Below are positions 19,226 through 29,437 of a DNA stretch of 64,000 nt, one piece after another. Origin of the DNA: an uncultured Chloroflexia bacterium (GTDB lineage Bacteria > Chloroflexota > Limnocylindria > Limnocylindrales > CSP1-4); NCBI GenBank assembly GCA_963809595.1, contig CAWEKG010000001.1, forward strand, positions 280,326-344,325, in the 5' to 3' direction. The first letter of the stretch is position 1; each line of letters opens with the position of its first letter. Both the position numbers and the translations under genes were made by a program. A model generated the notes under the pieces. It had not been told where the DNA came from. It did no database searches and saw only the letters and a program-made list of their open reading frames with translations.

Positions 19226-19601
19226 GGCGTTCAGCGCCGGGTCGGGATCGGGTTACGCCCGGCGGCGCCGTCGCCGCGATCGGTGACGTCGTCGCTTCGG
19301 GAGGTCGGGCCGGCGAGCCGTGCTACGATCGGGGCTGGTCTTCGGGGCAGGGTGCGATACCCGACCGGTGGTAGGGCCACGGACGAGGGTCCGGGGGCGA
19401 GCCCACGAGCGGCCCGGCGGCGGTGACGTCCGCCGGGTGTCAGCAGATCCGACGGTCGCGCGATGAGCGCGACCGGGCCGGAGCCGACGGTGACAGTCCG
19501 GATGGAAGGAGACCGGGTCGACGTGCGTCCGCGCTCGCCGGCCTGACTTCCCGACGCCCCGCTGGCCGCGACACGGTTCATCGGCTCGTCTGGAGGCTCT
19601 C
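19226..19601 (+). promoter_or_regulatory. long GC-rich structured 5' leader of the binding-protein gene; candidate cis-regulatory RNA of unknown class
   Basis: 376 nt without a credible ORF. Several perfect hairpins are present, e.g. GGTCGCGC-GATGA-GCGCGACC at 19454..19474 and CCCGGCGG-N9-CCGCCGGG about 40 nt upstream of it. I could not match any riboswitch consensus. Confidence 0.3.
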
Positions 19602-20708
19602 GTGGACTCGTCCCCCCGCTTCGCTCGCTCCGTGCCCCTCGCCCTGCTGCTGGTCGCGGTCGTCCTCTTCGAGGCCTGCGCGGCGGGCTCGTCCGGCTCG
19701 ATCTCGGCCCTGGCGACCGCCCCGACCCCGGCGGCATCGACCATCCCATCGGCCGGATCGTCGTCGGCTCCGTCGGGGAGCGCGGCGACGACCAAGCTCA
19801 CGGTGGGGCTGGGCTACATCGATAGCGTCCAGTTCGCTCCGTTCTACCTCGCCCAGCAGGCGGGCTACTACCGCGACGCGGGGCTGGACGTGACCTTCGA
19901 GAACAAGATCGACCCCGAGCTCATCACCCTAGTCGGGCAGGGCGCCGTGGACGTGGCCATCGCCGACGGGACGAGCCTCATCCCGGCGGTCAGCCAGGGG
20001 ATCACGGTCAAGTACGTGGCCACGATCTACGAGAAGTTCCCGAATATCGTCTTCGCCAAGCCGACCGCCGGGATCACGACCGCGGCCGACCTCAAGGGCA
20101 AGAAGATCGGGACGCCCGGCCAGTACGGCTCGGGCTGGATCATGCTCCAGGCCCTCCTCGGCTCGGCCGGCCTGACCACCAGCGACATCAAGGTGACGAT
20201 CTACCCGACCTACGGCCAGCTGGCCGGCGTGGAGCAGGGCCAGGTCGACGCCGCCACCGGCTTCGCGAACAACGAGCCGATCCAGCTCAAGAAGGCGACC
20301 GGCCTCGATCCGGTCGTCCTCCACGTCGACGACATCGTCCCGCTGCCGGGCAACGGGCTCATCACCGGGACGAAGACGCTCGAGACGAAGCGCGACGCGG
20401 TGGCCCTCTTCATCTCGGCCACCCTCCGGGCGATGGATGAGATCATCGCCGACCCCCAGAAGGGGCTCGACGCGGCGATCGTGGCCGTCCCCGAGCTGGC
20501 CTCCGACCGCAACACCCAGCTGGCCGTGCTTGAGGCGACGATCGACGGCTGGCACAACGCCCTGACCGACAAACAGGGGCTGGGCGCGATCGACAAGGCC
20601 GGCTGGACGTCCTCGATCGACTTCCTCTCGAAGCTGCCCGGCGGGCTCGTGCCGAACCCGGTGACCGCCGCCCAGATCGTGGACGACAGCCTGCTCCCCG
20701 TGCGCTGA
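19602..20708 (+). CDS. ABC transporter substrate-binding lipoprotein, NMT1/THI5-like (NitT/TauT family)
   Basis: 368 aa. GTG start after GGAGG, lipobox LFEAC. LTVGLGYIDSVQFAPFYLAQQAGYY...DVAIADGTS is typical of THI5/ThiY-like binding proteins. Confidence 0.85.
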   Translation: MDSSPRFARSVPLALLLVAVVLFEACAAGSSGSISALATAPTPAASTIPSAGSSSAPSGSAATTKLTVGLGYIDSVQFAPFYLAQQAGYYRDAGLDVTFENKIDPELITLVGQGAVDVAIADGTSLIPAVSQGITVKYVATIYEKFPNIVFAKPTAGITTAADLKGKKIGTPGQYGSGWIMLQALLGSAGLTTSDIKVTIYPTYGQLAGVEQGQVDAATGFANNEPIQLKKATGLDPVVLHVDDIVPLPGNGLITGTKTLETKRDAVALFISATLRAMDEIIADPQKGLDAAIVAVPELASDRNTQLAVLEATIDGWHNALTDKQGLGAIDKAGWTSSIDFLSKLPGGLVPNPVTAAQIVDDSLLPVR

Positions 20709-20724
20709 CCGGCCGGCGCCTGGC

Positions 20725-20751
20725 GCCCCCGGCCGCGGGGCCGCCGGGGGC
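20725..20751. terminator. bidirectional hairpin GCCCCCGGC-N9-GCCGGGGGC between convergent genes
   Basis: 9-bp perfect stem between the stop at 20708 (+) and the stop at 20753 (-). No clear U-tract. Confidence 0.45.
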
Positions 20752-20752
20752 C

Positions 20753-21685
20753 CTAGTTCTGCTCCGTGATCATCGAGGCGACCGAGTCCCCGGAACCGCG
20801 CCGTCGCGAGTTCCGGCCGACCATGAACTGGCCCCCCAGCAGGATCGACAGGGTGATCAGGAGCATCACCGCCGCGACCGCGTTCGTGGCCGGAGTGACC
20901 CCCTTCCGGATCGATCCGAAGATGTACAGGGGCAGGGTCGTCGTCCCGGCCCCCGACACGAACGTCGTGATGAGGTAGTCGTCGAAGCTGAAGGTGAACG
21001 ACAGGAGGAAGCCGGCCACGATCGCCGGCAGAAGCTGCGGGAAGGTGATCTGCCAGAACGTCCGCCATGGTGTCCCGTAGAGGTCGAAGCTCGCCTCGAC
21101 GTGGGTCCGGTCCATCCCGTTCAGGCGGGCCTGGACCAGCAGGATGACCAGGCTGATGTTGAACAGGGCCTGGGCCATGATGATCGTCGGGAACCCGAGT
21201 CTGAACTTGACCCCGAGGAGCGGGTTGAGGATGTCGAAGGACGAGGCGAAGAAGACCAGCGTCGCCAGGGCGATGACGATCTCGGGGACGATGATGCTGA
21301 CATAGGTGAGGGCAGTGAACGGCGCCCGGAACCAGCGCGGTGCCCGCTGCAGCCCCAGGGCGGCCATCGTTCCGAAGATCGTCGCGATGACGGACGTGAA
21401 GCTGGCCACGATGAGGCTGTTCTGGAGCGCGCTCTGGATCACGGTGTCGCCGAGGACGCTCTGGTACCACTTCAGGCTGAATCCCTGCCAGTCGGTCACC
21501 CGCTGGTTCGTTCCGTTGAAGCTGAAGACGACGACGATGATGATCGGGAAGTACAGGAACATGTAGAGCAGGAGCGTCTGGCCGCGCAGCCAGAACTCGA
21601 CCAGCGGACCCGTCCGGTCCTTGTCCGGCGCACCGCGACCCTTGGCGGTTCCCACCGTCGCCAGGGGCCCTGTCGCGGCGGTCAC
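20753..21685 (-). CDS. potC: spermidine/putrescine ABC transporter permease
   Basis: 310 aa. PotC-like (FPIIIVVVFSFN...WYQSV...) with 6 TM segments. 4-nt overlap with the upstream permease gene. Confidence 0.85.
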   Translation of the reverse strand: MTAATGPLATVGTAKGRGAPDKDRTGPLVEFWLRGQTLLLYMFLYFPIIIVVVFSFNGTNQRVTDWQGFSLKWYQSVLGDTVIQSALQNSLIVASFTSVIATIFGTMAALGLQRAPRWFRAPFTALTYVSIIVPEIVIALATLVFFASSFDILNPLLGVKFRLGFPTIIMAQALFNISLVILLVQARLNGMDRTHVEASFDLYGTPWRTFWQITFPQLLPAIVAGFLLSFTFSFDDYLITTFVSGAGTTTLPLYIFGSIRKGVTPATNAVAAVMLLITLSILLGGQFMVGRNSRRRGSGDSVASMITEQN

Positions 21686-22590
21686 AGGAGGCTCTCATCC
21701 CGAGTCCGCCGGCCGCGGCTCGAGAACCACAGGTAGAACGTGATGCTGATCAGCATGATGACGATGAGCAGGACGGCCCGCGCCGAGCCGATCGGCCAGT
21801 CCCGGGCCTGCAGGAAGTTGTCCACCAGCTGGTTGCCGATGAGGAAGACCCGGCCGTACCCCAGGATCGCCGGGATGACGTACTCGCCCATGAGCGGGAT
21901 GAAGACGAGGATGCTCCCGGTGACGAGCCCGGGCAGGGTGATCGGCAGGGTGATCTGGCGGAAGGTGGCCCAGCGGCCGGCGCCGAGGTCCTTGGACGCC
22001 TCGACCAGGGTCCGGTCCATCCGCTCCATGGTCACGTAGATCGGGAAGATCATCAGGGGCAGGTAGCCGTAGACCACCCCGAGGAGGACCGCCGCCTGGG
22101 TCCCGAGGATCCGGAACGAATCGTCCCCGATCCGGTCTCCGATGAAGCCGGCCAGCCCCTCGGGCCCGAGGATCGTCAGCCAGGCGTAGGTCCGGATGAG
22201 GAAGCTCGTCCAGAAGGGGATGATCAGGAGGATGACGAAGAGCCCCTTCCGGGGCCCGCCCCGGGTCGCGATGAAGTAGGCCATCGGGAGGGCGGCCAGC
22301 AGGCACAGGATCGTCCCCGCGAACGCCATCTGGAGGCTCGTGACGAAGGGAGTGGCGCCGTCGATCACCCGCTGGTAGTTCGAGAACACGAAGCCGGGGG
22401 CGTAGCCGCCGTTCTTGCCCCGCAGACCGAAGCTGAAGATCACGACGATCGCCAGCGGGACGACGAGCAGGATCAGGTACCACAGGCCCGCCGGGAGGAG
22501 AAGGAACGTCGTCAGGGCGGCCGATCGGAAGCGGGCGGCCCGCAGCCGCGCCGCCGAGGCGGTCGGCGCGGCTGCGCTGCTCAGGGCCAT
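21682..22590 (-). CDS. potB: spermidine/putrescine ABC transporter permease
   Basis: 302 aa. PotB-like, with the EAA loop EASKDLGAGRWATFRQITLP. Confidence 0.85.
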   Translation of the reverse strand: MALSSAAAPTASAARLRAARFRSAALTTFLLLPAGLWYLILLVVPLAIVVIFSFGLRGKNGGYAPGFVFSNYQRVIDGATPFVTSLQMAFAGTILCLLAALPMAYFIATRGGPRKGLFVILLIIPFWTSFLIRTYAWLTILGPEGLAGFIGDRIGDDSFRILGTQAAVLLGVVYGYLPLMIFPIYVTMERMDRTLVEASKDLGAGRWATFRQITLPITLPGLVTGSILVFIPLMGEYVIPAILGYGRVFLIGNQLVDNFLQARDWPIGSARAVLLIVIMLISITFYLWFSSRGRRTRDESLL

Positions 22591-22615
22591 CGTCGGCTCC
22601 GCCGGGTGCGGTCGG

Positions 22616-23857
22616 TCAGTGCTGACCGATCTTCGACTTGAACTCCTCCCAGATCGCGACCCGGGTCGGGTCGGTCGAGGTGTCCTTGGCGCCCTCGAGC
22701 TTGGCCATGACGTCGGCCGGCGGGTAGAGCGCCGGGTCGTTGAGGAGCTTCGGGTCGGTATACGGCTTGGAAGCGTCGTTGGCCGAGGCGTACAGGTTCG
22801 CCGAGGTCTCCTTGGCCGCGATCTGGGGGTCCTGGATGAAGTTCAGGAAGGCATAGGCGCCGTTGGGGTGCGGCGGATCGGCCAGGATGACCCAGGTGTC
22901 CATCCAGAACAACGTGCCGTCCTCGGGGATCTCGTAGACGACGTCGGCGGTCTCCGGTTTGGCCCGAAGGTCCAGGATGCCGCCCGTCCAGGTCAGGCCC
23001 AGGACGGCCTCGCCCGTCCGGATCTTCTCCTGGTACTGGTCCGAGTCGAGGGCCAGGACGTGCGGAGCGAGACCCATCAGGAGCCCGCGCGCCTGCTCGA
23101 GCTCACCCGGATCGACCGAGTTCAGGCTGTAGCCGAGGGCCTTGAGCGGCGCGACGAAGACGTCGCCCGGGGAGTCCACGATGACGATCTTGCCCGAGTA
23201 CTTCGGGGCGACGTCGAAGAACTCCTTCCAGGTCTTGACCTCCTCGGTGACGAACTTCTTGCGGAGGGTGATCCCGGTGGTGCCCCAGTCCTTGGGGACC
23301 TGGTACTCGTCGGTCGGATCCCACCACAGGCCCTTGAAGGCATCGCCGATGTTCTTGAGGTTGGGGATCCAGGACTTCTCGAGCTTCGTCAGGAAGCCCT
23401 GGTCGCGCATCGCCGGGACGAACTCGGCGGTCGGCGCGGCGACGTCCCACTGGCCCTTCGCCCCGCCCTGGAGCTTGGTCATCATCTCGTCGTTCGAGGC
23501 GTAGGTGTCGTAGGTGAACTTGTCCACCCCGAACGCCTTCTTGAACGCCTCGATGTTCTCGGGCGCTACGTAGGAGCTCCAGTTGTAGAGGAAGAACTCC
23601 TTCTCGATCGCGGCCGCCGGCGATGGCGAGACCCCCTCCGACGCCGCGGCCGACGGCGCCGCCGAACCGGCCTCGCTCGGGGCGGAACTCGGGGCGGAGC
23701 TCTCGACGGCCGACGGTGCCGCCGACGCAGACGTGCCTCCGCAGGCGGCGAGGAAGGCGGCCGAAGCCGTGAGGCCGCCGGCGGCGAGGAAGCCTCGCCG
23801 GTTCACCTTGGTCTGGGCGATCCGCCTCAGGTAGCTATCGAGATCCTGGTCTGCCAC
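22616..23857 (-). CDS. potD: polyamine (spermidine/putrescine) ABC substrate-binding lipoprotein
   Basis: 413 aa. Tat-like RRGFLAAGGLTASAAFLAAC lipobox, followed by a PotD/PotF-like fold (FFLYNWSSYVAPE...TGGILD...WMDTWVI). Confidence 0.85.
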   Translation of the reverse strand: MADQDLDSYLRRIAQTKVNRRGFLAAGGLTASAAFLAACGGTSASAAPSAVESSAPSSAPSEAGSAAPSAAASEGVSPSPAAAIEKEFFLYNWSSYVAPENIEAFKKAFGVDKFTYDTYASNDEMMTKLQGGAKGQWDVAAPTAEFVPAMRDQGFLTKLEKSWIPNLKNIGDAFKGLWWDPTDEYQVPKDWGTTGITLRKKFVTEEVKTWKEFFDVAPKYSGKIVIVDSPGDVFVAPLKALGYSLNSVDPGELEQARGLLMGLAPHVLALDSDQYQEKIRTGEAVLGLTWTGGILDLRAKPETADVVYEIPEDGTLFWMDTWVILADPPHPNGAYAFLNFIQDPQIAAKETSANLYASANDASKPYTDPKLLNDPALYPPADVMAKLEGAKDTSTDPTRVAIWEEFKSKIGQH

Positions 23858-23902
23858 CGGTCGCTCCTCCTCATGCCCGATCGATCGGGCCGATACCGAA
23901 CC

Positions 23903-25144
<1,242 letters not shown>

Positions 25145-25282
25145 CGGCGACCTCAGGGGCTAGGCGTTCTGGCGCGTCCGGGCCCTGCGTCTCCCCCACG
25201 GAAACGGACGGCAGGTTCCGGCATGGTACGGGCGATCCTCGAGCGCGTCAAAGCCTGTTCCGGAATGGGACAATGCCGGGCG

Positions 25283-26362
25283 ATGTACGTCGTGATCATG
25301 GCCGGCGGGGGCGGGACCCGGCTGTGGCCCCTGTCCAGCCCGGAACGGCCGAAGCCGTTCCTCCGGCTGTTCGAGGAGGGCACCCTCTTCCAGCGCTCCG
25401 TCGGGCGGGTGGTCGGCCCGGGACTCGGCCTGGGACCGGCGGACGTCACCGTGGTGGCGGCCGGCGCGTACGCCGCCCTGGCTCGCGAGCAGGCGCCCGG
25501 CGTCGGGCTGCTCGAGGAGCCGCAAGGGCGGAACACGGCCGCGGCGATCGCCCTCGCGACGCTGGCCATGGACCGACCGGACGACGAGGTGATGGTCGTC
25601 CTGCCGGCCGACCACCTGATCGTCGACGAGGCACGCTTCCGGGAGGTCGTCCGAGCGGCCGCGTCGGGTCTCGCCCGGGGGGCCTTCGGGATCGCGGCTC
25701 CCTTGGTCACCCTGGGCGTCCAGGTGGACCGGCCGGCGACCGAGTTCGGCTATCTCATCCCCGACCTCGCCGCCGGGCAGGTCGTCGACGGGCTGCGCGC
25801 CTTCCCGCTCGAGCGCTTCGAGGAGAAGCCCGACCCGGACCGGGCGATCGCCCTCCAGGCCCAGCCTGGTGTCGCCTGGAACGCCGGGATGTTCCTGTGG
25901 CGACGCGGCGCGATCCGGGCTGCGCTCGAACGGTTCGCGCCGGACATCCTGGTCACGATCGAGGCCGGCCTGGCCGGTGGCCGGCTCGGGGACGCCTACG
26001 ACGCGGTCCGGTCGACCTCCATCGACTACGCGGTCATGGAGCCGGCCGCCCGGGCCGGCCTCGTCGCGATGGGCGCGATGGACGTCGGCTGGAGCGATCT
26101 CGGGAGCTGGACCGCCCTGCTCGGCGCGATCGGCGCGGCCGGTACCGGTCGGGTGATCCAGGCCGGCGAGGGGGCGACCGCCGGTCCGGACGACCTGGTG
26201 ATCGGTCGCCAGGCCGACCCGCCCGGTCGGCTCGTCCTGCTCGACGGGCCACGCGCTATCCTCGGCCTCACGCCGAGCGCACTGCTCGAGGGCGCCCGCC
26301 CCAGCCGCGCCCGGCTCGAGGCCCTCCTCGAGCGAGTCAGTCGACAGGAGACGACACCGTGA
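25283..26362 (+). CDS. manC: mannose-1-phosphate guanylyltransferase (nucleotidyltransferase only, no isomerase domain)
   Basis: The frame of ORF 22415..26362 becomes protein-like at MYVVIMAGGGGTRLWPLSSPERPKPF (ATG 25283). Also VLPADHLI and WNAGMFLW. Confidence 0.85.
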   Translation: MYVVIMAGGGGTRLWPLSSPERPKPFLRLFEEGTLFQRSVGRVVGPGLGLGPADVTVVAAGAYAALAREQAPGVGLLEEPQGRNTAAAIALATLAMDRPDDEVMVVLPADHLIVDEARFREVVRAAASGLARGAFGIAAPLVTLGVQVDRPATEFGYLIPDLAAGQVVDGLRAFPLERFEEKPDPDRAIALQAQPGVAWNAGMFLWRRGAIRAALERFAPDILVTIEAGLAGGRLGDAYDAVRSTSIDYAVMEPAARAGLVAMGAMDVGWSDLGSWTALLGAIGAAGTGRVIQAGEGATAGPDDLVIGRQADPPGRLVLLDGPRAILGLTPSALLEGARPSRARLEALLERVSRQETTP

Positions 26363-27840
26363 CGAATATCGCCGAGGTCCCCACACCGACGAGGATCGTC
26401 TTCGGGACGGACGGCTGGCGGGCGAAGGTCGCCGACGAGTACACCTTCGAGAGCGTCAGACGGTGCGCCGCCGGCGTGGCCCGCTACGTGGTCGATCGGG
26501 GCGAGCAGGCCCGCGGTGTCGTCGTGGCCTACGACCGCCGGTTCGCCAGCGAGCACTTCGCCGCCGCCGCCGCCGAGGTCCTCCTCGCTCACGACATCCC
26601 GGTCGCCTTCGCCCGGGGTGCCGTGCCCACCCAGATGTCGAGCTACGAGGTGGTGGAGCGGGGCTCGGCGGCCGGGGTCGTCATCACCGCCTCCCACAAC
26701 CCGTGGACCGACAACGGCTTCAAGGTCAAGGCGCCGACCGGCTCGGCGGCCGGGGCGGACATCCTGGGGGTCATCGAGGCCGAGATCGCCCGCAACGGCG
26801 GGACGGCGATCGAGCGCCGGCCGTTCGCCGACGCCGAGGCGGCGGGTCTCGTCGAGTGGTTCGACCCCTTCGAGGGCTACGAGCGCTTCGTCCGCCGGAC
26901 GGTCGACGTCGACGCCCTCAAGGCGGCCGACGCTTCGATCCTCGTCGAGCCGATGTGGGGCGCCGGCGCCGGCTGGATCTCCCGGCTCCTTGCCGGCGGG
27001 CGGATCCGGGTCAACGAGATCCACCAGGAGCGCAATCCCTACTTCGGCGGGGTGAACCCCGAGCCGATCCGGCCCAACGTCGACGAGGCCCTGGGCCTGA
27101 TCGCGGCCGGCGGCTACGACCTGGGGCTCCTCCTCGACGGCGACGCCGACCGGGCCGGCGCGGCCGACGAGCGGGGCACCTTCATCCACCAGCTCGAGGT
27201 CACCGGCCTCCTGATGTACTACCTGGCTGAGCACCGCGGCTGGCGCGACCCGGTGGTCATCAGCGTGAACAACACGGCGATGGCCGAGCGGCTGGGCAGG
27301 CACTACGGGATCGCCGTCCACGAGACGTCGGTCGGCTTCAAGTACATCGGCCCGAAGATGATCGAGACCGGGGCGATGATGGGCGCGGAGGAGTCGGGCG
27401 GCTTCGGCTTCGGGATGCATCTGCCCGAGCGGGACGGGGTCTACGCCGACCTGCTCCTCCTGGACCTGTTCATCCGCGAGCGGGCCGCCGGGCGCTGGCC
27501 GGTCTCGAAGGCGATCGAGGCCTTCCACCAGCTGGCCGGACCTTCGTTCTACCGCCGGGTGGACGTCCACGTCGACCGGGCGGCGTACCCGGCGCTCAAG
27601 GACCGGCTCCTGGTCGACCTGCGGACCCACGCCCCGGCCGAGCTGGCCGGCGAGCCGGTGGTCCGGACCGACACCCTCGAGACGAACGACGGCTTCAAGT
27701 TCTACGTGACCGACGGGTCGTGGCTGCTGGTCCGCTTCAGCGGGACCGAGCCGCTCGTCCGGGTCTACACGGAGGCCACGAACGCCGACGTCCGCGAAGC
27801 GATGATCGTCGCCGGCGAGCGTCTCGTCCGGGGCGGTTGA
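26359..27840 (+). CDS. manB: phosphomannomutase/phosphoglucomutase (alpha-D-phosphohexomutase family)
   Basis: GTG 26359 overlaps the manC stop (GTGA). FGTDGWRA, the phosphoserine loop TASHNPWTDNG, the Mg site LDGDADR, and GAEESGG. Confidence 0.9.
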   Translation: MTNIAEVPTPTRIVFGTDGWRAKVADEYTFESVRRCAAGVARYVVDRGEQARGVVVAYDRRFASEHFAAAAAEVLLAHDIPVAFARGAVPTQMSSYEVVERGSAAGVVITASHNPWTDNGFKVKAPTGSAAGADILGVIEAEIARNGGTAIERRPFADAEAAGLVEWFDPFEGYERFVRRTVDVDALKAADASILVEPMWGAGAGWISRLLAGGRIRVNEIHQERNPYFGGVNPEPIRPNVDEALGLIAAGGYDLGLLLDGDADRAGAADERGTFIHQLEVTGLLMYYLAEHRGWRDPVVISVNNTAMAERLGRHYGIAVHETSVGFKYIGPKMIETGAMMGAEESGGFGFGMHLPERDGVYADLLLLDLFIRERAAGRWPVSKAIEAFHQLAGPSFYRRVDVHVDRAAYPALKDRLLVDLRTHAPAELAGEPVVRTDTLETNDGFKFYVTDGSWLLVRFSGTEPLVRVYTEATNADVREAMIVAGERLVRGG

Positions 27841-27974
27841 GCGGCCGATTCGGGGCTCCCCAACGGCGCCGGACCGGGTGTATGGTTGGTCCAGCGACCG
27901 CTACCACCGGTCGACGGTGCAGTGACCGGACGGCGGCCTCATGAGCGCCCCTGGGCGACGGAGGAACCTCGACG

Positions 27975-28262
27975 ATGCACAGCTCTCTCATCGGCAAGGT
28001 CGAGAAGGCGAACCGCTACGCACGCGAGCTCGATCGGATCACGATCGATCGCCTCAGCCTCACGTTCCGCGGTGACAACGACACCCATCACGTGAGCCTC
28101 GACGCCGGTAGTTGGCATTGCACCTGCCACTACTTCGAGAGCTGGAACTCCTGTGTCCACCTGCTCGCCCTCCAGAAGATCTTCGGGGTCATGCTGCCCG
28201 AGGAGGCCCAGGTCTCGATCTTCAGCGCCCCGGAGGTCCCCGCCGAGGCCGTCAGCGCCTGA
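27975..28262 (+). CDS. small SWIM zinc-finger protein
   Basis: 95 aa, ATG after GGAGGAA. CTCHYFESWNSCVH fits the SWIM signature CxCxnCxH. Confidence 0.65.
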   Translation: MHSSLIGKVEKANRYARELDRITIDRLSLTFRGDNDTHHVSLDAGSWHCTCHYFESWNSCVHLLALQKIFGVMLPEEAQVSIFSAPEVPAEAVSA

Positions 28263-28299
28263 CCGAGGCGGCCCGCGCGGCCGCCCACCAGCATCCGGG

Positions 28300-28321
28300 G
28301 CCCGGCCGTCGAGCCGGGCCT
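28300..28321. terminator. hairpin GGCCCGGC-CGTCGA-GCCGGGCC between convergent genes
   Basis: 8-bp perfect stem between the stops at 28262 (+) and 28364 (-). No U-tract. Confidence 0.35.
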
Positions 28322-28363
28322 CGTCGCGTCTCGAGCCCCGTGGCGCGCGGCCCCGGCGGCGAG

Positions 28364-29437
28364 TCAGGGCGCCCAGGCTACGACCGCCCGGTCCACCTCG
28401 GCGGGCAGCGGCCACCCGGCGACCTCACGCCAGCCGGCCGTCGCCGCGTGGATCTCGACGCGTGCCGCGTCGCCGAGCGCATCGGCCCGGACGACGGCCA
28501 GGCGATCCCCCGTGGGCGAGAGCGCGATCCACGACACGAGGATCGAGCCGTCGGCCAGCGGCTCGAGTGGGACGCCGACCGGACCGGCGCCGGATCCCAA
28601 GGGGTCCTCCGCCGAGGCGAGGATCGTGATCGAACCGAACCCGCGGTCGAGGACGGCGCCCGCGCGGCCGTCGGCCGAGCCGCCGATCCCGCCGAACCCG
28701 TCTGGGTGGGAGCCCGCCCCGGCCCAGTCGAGCGGGGCCGCCGACCAGGGGCCGAGCCCGGCATCTTCGGCGACCGCCAGGGCGACCCGATCGCCGGCGA
28801 CACGCCGGAGCACGATCAGACGCGTCCCGAGCCAGACCGGTGGCCAGCCCGTCGGCTCGCCCGCGAGCGGGAGGGCGGTCGTCCGCCCGGTCGCGATCTC
28901 GATCCGCAGCAGGGCCGGGCCGGACGAGGCGTCGGTGTCAAGGAACGCCGCGACGGCCCCGTCCGCCGAGAGCGTGCCGAACGTGAGGTGGCTCATCGCC
29001 GATCCCCGGAGGGTCGACGGTGTCAGCGGGCGCCACGCGAGCCACCCGTCCGAGCCATCGGAACGGCCGAGCAGGGCCCGGCCGTCGAGGGTCGTGCCGA
29101 GGATCAAGCCGCCGGGCCCGGCCGAGACCCAGGCGACCCCGGGATCCGGGAGATCGATCGCGGCCGGCCGGCCGTCGGGTCCGTGGTGGACGAGGCTCAT
29201 GGCGCCGACTCGACCGGTCAGGACGAGGAGACCCGCGCTCGGGTCGGTGGGAGCGGGCCCCGTCGTCGTCGACGCAGTCGGGAGCGCCGTAGGCGTGGGC
29301 GTCGGATCCCGGTCGAGACAACCGACCGGGATCACGAGCGCCGTCAAAAGGGCGAGGACGCGGGCGCCCGATCGGAGGAGGGTCGACGCCGGACGGCTTC
29401 GGCCGCTCGACCGAGGCGGGCGCCTGTGCGCACTCAC
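28364..29437 (-). CDS. hypothetical lipoprotein, probable beta-propeller (PD40/TolB-like repeats)
   Basis: 357 aa. Lipobox VIPVGC. Recurring motifs LSADGAVAAF and LSPTGDRLAVV. The start overlaps the stop of the upstream gene by 4 nt. Confidence 0.6.
   Translation of the reverse strand: MSAHRRPPRSSGRSRPASTLLRSGARVLALLTALVIPVGCLDRDPTPTPTALPTASTTTGPAPTDPSAGLLVLTGRVGAMSLVHHGPDGRPAAIDLPDPGVAWVSAGPGGLILGTTLDGRALLGRSDGSDGWLAWRPLTPSTLRGSAMSHLTFGTLSADGAVAAFLDTDASSGPALLRIEIATGRTTALPLAGEPTGWPPVWLGTRLIVLRRVAGDRVALAVAEDAGLGPWSAAPLDWAGAGSHPDGFGGIGGSADGRAGAVLDRGFGSITILASAEDPLGSGAGPVGVPLEPLADGSILVSWIALSPTGDRLAVVRADALGDAARVEIHAATAGWREVAGWPLPAEVDRAVVAWAP

Noticed and set aside
19226-19601. Attempted class assignment of the long leader as TPP, cobalamin, ZTP (CCGCCGGGTG resembles CCGCCUGGGCA) or guanidine-I.
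   Set aside because: There are only isolated short resemblances. The ZTP-like piece is simply the 3' arm of a perfect hairpin. No full conserved core is visible, so the class is left open.
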